From IMG/VR virus record IMGVR_UViG_3300021426_000071, positions 1 through 64,000 of that record: DNA of 64,000 nucleotides; one strand, 5' to 3'. The notes under the pieces were generated by a model. The model was not told the origin of the DNA, searched no databases, and saw only the letters and a program-made list of their open reading frames with translations. This document shows, in pieces, positions 47,891-55,780 of this stretch. The position numbers and the translations under genes are program-made. Origin of the DNA: a virus. Taxonomy: Duplodnaviria; Caudoviricetes. How positions within the stretch are numbered: the stretch's first letter is position 1; each line of letters opens with the position of its first letter.

Positions 47891-48298
47891 TCACCGATCT
47901 ATAATCCAGTCGTAGCGGTCAGCGATATCATCGCTTCCCTTACGATCAGGGGAATAGATGAAGACGGTCATCACCACGTCTCCCTTCCGTACACCCTTCA
48001 CCTTGCGGTAACTGATATAGTTGTACCGCTTGGAAGAGGTGTTAATCATCCTGCCGTCCCCTTTTGCATTGAGGACGACTCCATATGAGATCTCAATCAC
48101 GAGATCCCCCTTACCATTGAGGATACGGTCTACCTTGCGGCTCGCCATATCCTTTCCGTCAAGAACCCTAACAAGTCCCTCGCGTTTCCTCACCTTGCGG
48201 AGTACTGCAAGGGAAGGGAACGACTTCCCTGTTGCCGAGATGGGGAGAGACAGCATAATGAGCGCTGTCGTTATAGCTGTAATCAGAACTTTCTTCAT
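47891..48298 (-). CDS. secreted basic protein with signal peptide
   Basis: MKKVLITAITTALIMLSLPISA; YISY..V.KGD.V.T. Confidence 0.7.
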   Translation of the reverse strand: MKKVLITAITTALIMLSLPISATGKSFPSLAVLRKVRKREGLVRVLDGKDMASRKVDRILNGKGDLVIEISYGVVLNAKGDGRMINTSSKRYNYISYRKVKGVRKGDVVMTVFIYSPDRKGSDDIADRYDWIIDR

Positions 48299-50450
48299 GC
48301 GAATCCCCACCCTTCTACAACTCCTTCGTCTTCGTCATCGTAATCCGAGAGAGACTGATATCTCTCTTTCATGAACTTCATCCCGCGCTCATCCGGCACG
48401 GGCTGAGTGAAGCGGACTAACGTATAGTCCACCACATCCTCTGGAAATCCGCTTTCGAATCGGACACAGTACTTCCAGACCTTTGTCTTGCCTTCCACTG
48501 TAAAGCAGGACATAGTAAGCACCTCATTAAAAACATAGGTGTCGTCATCTTCCCCAAACATTTCGCTTAACAGGAAATCCTGTGCGTTGATTCCCTGTCT
48601 TGCTTTCAGCTTATTAGCAGCGTCGTTTATGTCGTTTGCGATAACGACGCCTTCACTCACGAATGACTTCCACGCGAATACCATTCTGTTTTCCTTTCTA
48701 TCCCGATATCGGGATTAAACCTGATTACATTGTGTGGATGACAGCACTCTTTATGCGGCTGCCTACGCGTTTGTCGTGGATGCATGCCATGCGGTAGTCT
48801 TCCGCATAGTAATCCTCCCACAGATTTTCTGTTCGGAGTTCATAGTTCGCGCCGTGAGACGGATACCCTTCGGCGGCGCATTCTTTTGCGATGTGGTCGA
48901 GTTCCCTATAATAACTCTTCAGAATCTTTTCCCTCATGGTTTTTCTCCTTTCATGGTGGGTGGGACATGGTGACTCGGAATTAAAAATTTCTCCGCCTTG
49001 AAACACCATAACGAAGAAAGTTGTCTATGCCCGTCTCCATAATGAGACTGGCAGTATCATTAAGGTCGCCTATGGTGACCTTTGTAGTCACACCATGTCT
49101 GGTCATAAAATGGGAAAGTACCACCTTTCCCTTATAGACGACCGCCGCAGACCCCCTTCCGCAGTTGGCGGAATCGCTATAAGCGAGTGCCACATAGGGG
49201 CTACTCGGCTTTTCTTCAAAACATTCGCAATCCTCTCCTCCGTTGAAGAGAAGATCGAATACGTTAACATATCCATAAACCTTGTGATAATTTCCGTTTA
49301 TATACATCTTTCATTTCCTTTCCTTTCTGAAATGTTTATTCTCCCTTTACGGCAAGCCGAGCGATCTTGCTTGCCTTTAAGCGCATAGAAGGCGTGACTT
49401 CCCAAAACCGAATAGTGCCCACGTCATTCATGATGTTAACGAGGGCATTTCCGTATGCCTCATTAAGGGCATAGTCGTAGTTTCTGTTGGAAGCTGCGTA
49501 CGCCTTATCAAACGCTTCCCTTGCGGAAGCAATCTTTTCACCGAGCGTCATTCCCAGCACCTCCACTCTGTAATCTCCACCGTATAATCGGTGGGCGCTT
49601 CGTCTTCTATTTCCACATCAAGAAGCTTTGCGTTCGCGAAATCATCGGGGATGTTGTAGTTCTCGCCACTTTCATCCCAGATGTGGCAACACCGCCACTC
49701 CATGTCAAGATTTCCGTTCTTGGCGCTCCAGTACGTCTCGAGACGATTAATCGTCAGTTCTCTTCCGTCAGGAAGCGCAAAGCGAGCCGTGTTGATATAC
49801 ACGTCCTCGCTGTTCGTCTTCCCTTTGAATTCAATTGTCACAACGACACCCCACTTCCTCATATTCCCTTCCGTTAAACAGGCGCACAGCGCCTGAAGTC
49901 AACAACATCACCCGTGCTTCCTCGAGCGTAGCGCACATCACGCGCTTGCCACCCTCGAAGTAGACGGGGAACATGCGCCCGATTGGGCGCGTCTTCTTGG
50001 GGCGATCTGCGAAGGGATTCTCGCAGTAGCCCTGTCGCACTGCCCACTCCTCGCACGGAGTGAGCAGATGCCTGTACTTCCACGCCTGACGATCCTCGAC
50101 GTAGGTGTTCATGTCGTCATAGAACGACATGGTACGTCCGCGCTGAAGGTCGGCGGCATCACCCCGAGACTGCACGTACAGTCTCTCCTGAATGTCGTAC
50201 TTCCGCGCCTTGAGCGTGTTCGCCGCTACGGCGCTGTTGCCCCTGCTGCTCATACGCCCCACTCCTTTTTGAGTGCGGCGCACTCTTCCTGCGTGATGAT
50301 CCCACGATAGTAATCACGCATGATTACATCGCGGATTGTTTTATCCAGATACTTCCCCAGAGCCATCCCTGACTTGTGGGCTTCCTCGCGGTGCTCGCGC
50401 ATAGTCTTGCGAGCGAGCACCGCGTCGATGTGCTCGTTATACCACAGCAT
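48295..50450 (-). other. small early hypothetical CDS (48295-48684, 48725-48937, 48981-49307, 49336-49566, 49548-49862, 49831-50253, 50250-50450)
   Basis: Packed minus-strand ORFs with RBS. Confidence 0.6.
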
Positions 50451-50608
50451 AGTATCCCCCTTTCATCCCAGAACGGCATCCTGAAGGATGTCGCACTGAT
50501 CCATGTCAAGATCGTACTTGTTCGCGACCTTGACGAGTGCCGTACAAATATCCTGCCCATCGCGAACGAGGGAGAGGACTTCCTGCGCGAGGTCGGAGTA
50601 GATGAACA

Positions 50609-50860
50609 TTACACCCACCCCCTGACCTCGGCGGTCTCCCAGTAAAGGGAGTCGGAGTCCGAGTACTCGGACTCGATGGCAGCAATCTGCCCCTCGAGGT
50701 CGGCAATCTGCTCCTCGAGGTCGTCAATGCGGGACTCCGCGTATGCGGCTTCCTCGCCGTCATCGTAAAACTCCGCATCGCGGAGATCACGATACCAGTG
50801 CCCACTCATAGCTCTGATATCGGCAATGCGGGACTCAATCTCGGCAACTTCGTAGAACAT
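50609..50860 (-). CDS. small acidic coiled-coil protein
   Basis: Internal repeat ESRIAD/ESRIDD; QIADLEGQIAAIE. Confidence 0.65.
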   Translation of the reverse strand: MFYEVAEIESRIADIRAMSGHWYRDLRDAEFYDDGEEAAYAESRIDDLEEQIADLEGQIAAIESEYSDSDSLYWETAEVRGWV

Positions 50861-50974
50861 ACTGCCCCTTTCTGCCCATTCCGGGCATGCGCACAAATCG
50901 CAGGTGATGACGCACCTGCCAACAATAGTGTCTCATCCCACCATCAGCGCGAAGCGTGACAGCAGGTCGAGAAA

Positions 50975-51050
50975 AGGCGAGGGTGGGCGTCGAACCCACT
51001 TCGGGCGAGCCGCGAAAAGCGCGTGCACACCCGATCCACTCTCCCCGCCT
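50975..51050 (-). ncRNA. D-armless tRNA-like structure
   Basis: Acceptor AGGCGGGG/CCTCGCCT, loop AGAGTGGA, long stem TCGGGTG..CGCCCGA, T-arm GTGGG-TTCGACG-CCCAC. Confidence 0.65.
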
Positions 51051-51068
51051 GAATGGGAAGACCGCGAA

Positions 51069-51743
51069 TTACTTCGCGGACTTCTTCGTCTTGAGGTAAC
51101 GGGCACGAGTCAGCTCGGGGATCTCGACCACGAGTTCCGCAGTCTCAGAGCCTGCCTTGACCTTGCATCCGTCAACCTTGATAGTTCCCGCCTTGACCAT
51201 CGCGTCAAAGAGACGGCGATAGACAATCTTCAGGAATTCAGAGCGACCGCGAGTCTCCATGGCCGCCTTGCCTGTCTTGACAAACTGGCGAGTATTAGAG
51301 CGGGACGAATCCCCCGCGACCGCTGACACGAGCGTGTTGACAAGGTCGCAGTCAGATCCCGCCTGAAGCTCATACTTGCCGAGAAACTCCACGAACGCAT
51401 CACGGAGCGCCTTCTCATCCTCAGCGGCGGAGTACGCCTTGTAGAGAGCCTTCGCGTGTGCACTGTAGTCCACGCGAGTCCATGCGGACACCACGTCCGC
51501 ATATGCCGCTTTATAGGTCTCGACAAGGTCTTCGCGCTCTTTGATAGCCGCGTCAACCTGATCCGAAGTCATGATAGAACTTCCCCGCATGTTATTGAGA
51601 TACTTAATTGAGCCTGTCTCGCTCTCAATAGCTTCCGCCAGTTCGAGCTTGTACTCCGAGCGCCAGACGGACTTCACCATGAACATGGCGACTTCCTCAG
51701 AGAATGTGCGTGTTGCGTCAAAAAGATTGATCTTGCGTGCCAT
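51069..51743 (-). CDS. first gene of the leftward arm, helical hypothetical protein
   Basis: AAAGGTGG RBS; strongly biased codons. Confidence 0.8.
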   Translation of the reverse strand: MARKINLFDATRTFSEEVAMFMVKSVWRSEYKLELAEAIESETGSIKYLNNMRGSSIMTSDQVDAAIKEREDLVETYKAAYADVVSAWTRVDYSAHAKALYKAYSAAEDEKALRDAFVEFLGKYELQAGSDCDLVNTLVSAVAGDSSRSNTRQFVKTGKAAMETRGRSEFLKIVYRRLFDAMVKAGTIKVDGCKVKAGSETAELVVEIPELTRARYLKTKKSAK

Positions 51744-51800
51744 AAGTTACCACCTTTCTGCCCACTTCGGGCGTAAAAAATATGCGCACTATTGCGCTAG

Positions 51801-51849
51801 TCACACTTGGGGCATCGAACCCCAGACCGCCACTAGTTTCTCAGTGTGA
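51801..51849 (-). ncRNA. tRNA minihelix-like structure in the leader
   Basis: TCACACT..TGGGG-TTCGATG-CCCCA-AGTGTGA. Confidence 0.55.
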
Positions 51850-52197
51850 ACCACTGCCCATGCTACGATTCATCCCGCACGTCTAAACGGACTTTCCACA
51901 ATGTGGCAGGGAGTACCAAGGGAATCCACCTTGGCAGAGGACAGACTATCAGCCCTTACTTTGACGACTGACTGACTCGGACGCCTGTCGAGTGCACGCA
52001 CTCCCCCCTGTATAGCTACATGGGACTTCAATATTTCAGCGTTCCTTCATGCCATACCTCGATCGCACTCTCACCTGCAGGCTTTATTGGCTCCATGTTG
52101 GGGCTCCATCCCCGAATACTACCATCCCTTTATTTGCCCTTCAGAAGTAAAGCAGGTTACCACCAATCGCACTTCCGGCACTTCCGGCACGCTATCG

Positions 52198-52210
52198 ATT
52201 TTCAAGGTAC
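52198..52210 (-). promoter_or_regulatory. boxA-like element in long leader
   Basis: GTACCTTGAAAAT resembles Firmicutes rrn boxA. Confidence 0.4.
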
Positions 52211-52415
52211 TTTGCTAGGTTGACAGTTACTTTGCTTTTGCCCTTCAAACCTTGATTTTAAGGGCGGCATCGATAGAGCCGTGACTCTTTCGATGGTTAT
52301 ACCCTAATCTATTTTTATGCACCGGTCAAATTTTCCCAAAAAGCCCGTATTTACTGGAAAAAATCACCATTTTTCACACTTAAAGAGGGATAAAATTCCG
52401 GGGGATTCCGGCCGT

Positions 52416-52487
52416 GTATTTGAATGTGTATTACGCAAAAAGGGGCGTATTTTCAACCAAAACGGCGTATTACAATTTGTATTACGC
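52416..52487 (+). repeat. GTATT iterated motif / 21-bp imperfect direct repeat
   Basis: GTATTTGAATGTGTATTACGC vs GTATTACAATTTGTATTACGC. Confidence 0.55.
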
Positions 52488-52819
52488 TACAGGTGTTCAC
52501 CACCAACACCAACTCAAAAATCCATCCTCCCCAACCAAAAAACTCCACCCATTCCCCATTCTTCAAATGCATAATTATGCATAATCTATGCATAATATTC
52601 ATTATCGGCCACTCACTCGCGCTTCTTATCTTTGCATGAAATAATACAATTAGAATAGCTGCAAAAGAAATTAAGATCAGGAATTAAATCGATTTTGGAT
52701 CAGAGAAGAAATGACTGCATCGTTAGAAGAGTTTAACGATTGCTCTTTATTGGAGAATTTTTGAGGGTGCTAAATTTCTGCTAGGCAGCTTAGCGAATAA
52801 GCGCCCGAGAAAATTCGCC

Positions 52820-53106
52820 AATAGTTATAAAGAACTATAGTTATTAATAGCAGTAATTAACTAAGTTCTTTATAACCTTGTGTTAACTAATTAAACATAA
52901 GCCATTGTTTAATTATATGCGTTAGCTAATTATATAATGCCTATAATTAACTAGTTATCTATAGCTATAATTAACTATTAGTTCATAGCATTAGTTAACT
53001 ATATATTAATTACTGCTATAATTAACTATTAAATAATACCATTAATTAACTATATATTAATTAATAGCAATTAAACAATAGCATTAATTATATAATTATA
53101 TATATA
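52820..53106. other. AT-rich palindromic repeat region, candidate replication origin
   Basis: TAATTAACTA x5; 13-bp inverted repeat 52824-52876; at the strand switch. Confidence 0.55.
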
Positions 53107-53179
53107 GGGGGAAGAGCAACTTGCATAGAAAATTTTTAGGTCACCTAATTATTTTTGCGCATCCCGCCATAAGGCGCAC

Positions 53180-53208
53180 TTGACATATACTAAATAGGGT
53201 ATTATAAT
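53180..53208 (+). promoter_or_regulatory. sigma-A promoter with AGGG box (rightward arm)
   Basis: TTGACA-TATACTAAATAGGGTAT-TATAAT. Confidence 0.88.
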
Positions 53209-53258
53209 AAGATCATGAGATAGTCGAAAAATTAATACAGACGAAGGAGGAAACCCGG

Positions 53259-53618
53259 ATGGAACATTTCCCAAAAGGTACAGCAATAACATGGAATGAT
53301 GTATATGCCTTCTGCGGCAATAACGTAGTCGGACGCAAAACCAGAGAGACATTCGCTCGCCGTTATCCCGACGCTGGACAGTGTCTATGGGCAATTGCGG
53401 ACAGTCTTCACGGCCCATACTTCCCCGCCAACTATTACTGGGCAGTTACCGAATACGACATGACCGAAGACCAGTATCACGCGGCGGTTCGTGCGGCGGC
53501 TGAAGAGATCTACGAGCAGCGAAAGCTTCATAAAGATGAGACGCTTGAGTACTGGATCTTCGCGATCAATAACTGCCGAGTCCTTCTTGAGAGAATACTG
53601 GAGAGGGACAACACATGA
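53259..53618 (+). CDS. hypothetical protein
   Basis: AAGGAGG RBS. Confidence 0.7.
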   Translation: MEHFPKGTAITWNDVYAFCGNNVVGRKTRETFARRYPDAGQCLWAIADSLHGPYFPANYYWAVTEYDMTEDQYHAAVRAAAEEIYEQRKLHKDETLEYWIFAINNCRVLLERILERDNT

Positions 53619-54724
53619 TTTATCTGGATGTAGCCGCAACCACAAAGCCGACTCGGGCGGCGATTGACGAGTTTAACAGGATTTCTACAGACTGCTGGCT
53701 TAACCCTTCGTCGCGCCTCTACTCTACCGCTGCCGCACAGAATCTGGAGCGGGCGAGAGAGGATATAGCGAACGTACTGGGGGTTAGCCCCACAACAATT
53801 GTTTTCACCTCAGGCTCGACAGAGACGGCCAACTGGATTATCCGTCGCTCAGTCGGGGAGGGGGATCATATCATTACAACGCATCTGGAACACCCATGCG
53901 TATATAACACGGTACTGGAAACTAATTGTAATATCCACTTTTTAGATAATGACGAGAATGGTCAGATCGACCTTCTTACATTATATAATCTTCTAGAGTA
54001 CTGCAAGCGAACAGGGGGAAGGGTTCTCGTAGCAATCATGGGCGCGAATAACGAGATCGGTACAATTTACCCTACTAGGCTGATCGGCGAGATGGTTCAC
54101 AGCTATCCGAAAGCCCGCTACTTCTGTGACGCGACGCAGCTTTGGGCGCATGGCGAGATTGATATTGAAGGGGTCGATTTCGCGTGTGCGTCCGCCCATA
54201 AGTTCGGCGGCTTTAAGGGAAGCGGCTTCCTATATGTCAAAGAGGGGGTCGATCTTCCGCCGCTGATCTATGGGGGACATCAGGAGCACGACATGAGGGC
54301 AGGAACCGAAAATCTGGCGGGCATCTGCGCGATGTCGCTCGCGTTTAAGGAAAGCGCAAAGAGGCGTCATCAAAGTTTAATTAGGGCACTTTCCGTCCGT
54401 GGCCATGCTATGAATCTTTTCTCTGGCAGCTACCGTGTAAACGGAGGGATCGATGTACTTCCGAATATATTGAGCGTCACAATGCCGAGCGGCGATGCGA
54501 GTAAAGTAATCGCGGCGCTCTCATTAGATGAAATCTATCTCTCAGCCGGATCGGCGTGTTCACTCGGACTGCCTGAGCCTTCAAGGATTCTAATGTCAAT
54601 CGGACTCAGCGAGATGGAGGCCAGAAGAACAATTCGCATCTCGTTCGACGACACAATTACTGCGGAGGATATAGATACGGTATTTAAGAAAATCGAGAAC
54701 TACAGGGAGATGCTGGATGATTAA
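53615..54724 (+). CDS. iscS: cysteine desulfurase (IscS/NifS group I)
   Basis: IYLD.AATT, FTSGSTE, NNEIG, SAHKFGG, RAGTEN, SAGSACS. Confidence 0.92.
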   Translation: MIYLDVAATTKPTRAAIDEFNRISTDCWLNPSSRLYSTAAAQNLERAREDIANVLGVSPTTIVFTSGSTETANWIIRRSVGEGDHIITTHLEHPCVYNTVLETNCNIHFLDNDENGQIDLLTLYNLLEYCKRTGGRVLVAIMGANNEIGTIYPTRLIGEMVHSYPKARYFCDATQLWAHGEIDIEGVDFACASAHKFGGFKGSGFLYVKEGVDLPPLIYGGHQEHDMRAGTENLAGICAMSLAFKESAKRRHQSLIRALSVRGHAMNLFSGSYRVNGGIDVLPNILSVTMPSGDASKVIAALSLDEIYLSAGSACSLGLPEPSRILMSIGLSEMEARRTIRISFDDTITAEDIDTVFKKIENYREMLDD

Positions 54725-55034
54725 GGTAACCGAAGACTATTATATAGAGCCGCTGATTCGCCCGACTCAGTTTGTTTTAAAGCATCGGTACATGTCAAAG
54801 CCGAGAGACGGCGGGGAGCCTACAGAGCGATTTGCTGTTGACGGCTACTATACGACCATTAGAGGAGCACTTAGGGGTTTAGCCAAACAAGTTAGCGCAG
54901 AGATCATTGCAGAGGGGTCGTACAGTCTTTCAGACGCCCTCAACAGGATTTCAGAAGAATGGGATAGGCTTTGTCAGAAAATTGACGGGGCTACTCCTTG
55001 GGAGGAAGAAGTTGGAAAAAAGAAAAATATTTGA
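54717..55034 (+). CDS. hypothetical protein
   Basis: GYYTTIRGAL pattern; overlapping operon. Confidence 0.65.
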   Translation: MIKVTEDYYIEPLIRPTQFVLKHRYMSKPRDGGEPTERFAVDGYYTTIRGALRGLAKQVSAEIIAEGSYSLSDALNRISEEWDRLCQKIDGATPWEEEVGKKKNI

Positions 55035-55779
55035 GCTATTAACCGGGCAGTTCGAGACCGAGGAATTTAAAAATTATTATTTAGATATGGTTGAGCATAT
55101 TCCCGATTACATCTTCACCATGCCGAGTTCAACTTCAGGCAAATACCATAATGCTACGCAGTGTCAGGTTTATGGGCAGCTATATCATATCTTTATGTTC
55201 CACAGCATTCTCGAACACCGCCTGAGACTCAAGGGTAATAAGGAGAAATTCTCTACGCCGCAGGAGCGGGATGCAATGAGGTGTGTACCAGCATTCCATG
55301 ACGCGGTAAAGTGCGGTTGGAACGGATCTCAGCACACCGTTGCGAATCATCCGGTGCTGGCTGCGCAGTGGGTGCTGGACACTAAGGTTGATCACGACAT
55401 TCCTGCGGACTGGAAGAATTGTATCGCAGCCATGTGTGAGTCGCATTCCGGCGAATGGAATAAAGATCGCAGCGGCAACGTGATTATGGCCGAGCCGAGA
55501 AACGAGCGCGAATTTTTTATTCACGAGTGTGACATTCTCGCGTCCCGTGCAGACCTTGATTGGATTATCTCAGACGATCTTAAGACGGTATTAGGTCAGG
55601 AGGATCCCGCACCGATTGAGGACTATGAAATTCCGATTGGCAAATATCGGGGGCGAAAGCTTGTTGAGATCTTTAATGAAGACCCAGATTATTGCCGCTG
55701 GATGCGGGAGAACATTGAGCGGCAGCCGCTGAAGAGTATGGTGGAAAGACTTTATGAGCAATCGGAGGGAGTGAAGTGA
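55012..55779 (+). CDS. HD-domain phosphohydrolase with C-terminal DUF3820-like tail
   Basis: SGKYH, FHDAVKCG, HP, SHSG, HECD; PIGKYRG..DPDYC.W; TTG start after GGAGG. Confidence 0.8.
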   Translation: MEKRKIFELLTGQFETEEFKNYYLDMVEHIPDYIFTMPSSTSGKYHNATQCQVYGQLYHIFMFHSILEHRLRLKGNKEKFSTPQERDAMRCVPAFHDAVKCGWNGSQHTVANHPVLAAQWVLDTKVDHDIPADWKNCIAAMCESHSGEWNKDRSGNVIMAEPRNEREFFIHECDILASRADLDWIISDDLKTVLGQEDPAPIEDYEIPIGKYRGRKLVEIFNEDPDYCRWMRENIERQPLKSMVERLYEQSEGVK

Positions 55780-55780
55780 T

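Larger units (their letters stand above)
43669..48714. repeat. perfect palindrome TCCCGATATCGGGA, 6 copies (43669, 46115, 46401, 46970, 47819, 48701)
   Basis: Read directly; all between likely genes. Confidence 0.92.

Noticed and set aside
43642-48715. CRISPR or integron attC interpretation of the palindromes
   Set aside because: Spacing is hundreds of bp and irregular, with no attC R/L box architecture; the Cas4-like nuclease sits in a replication operon
52170-52190. CACTTCCGG tandem duplication
   Set aside because: Only two copies; compatible with simple slippage
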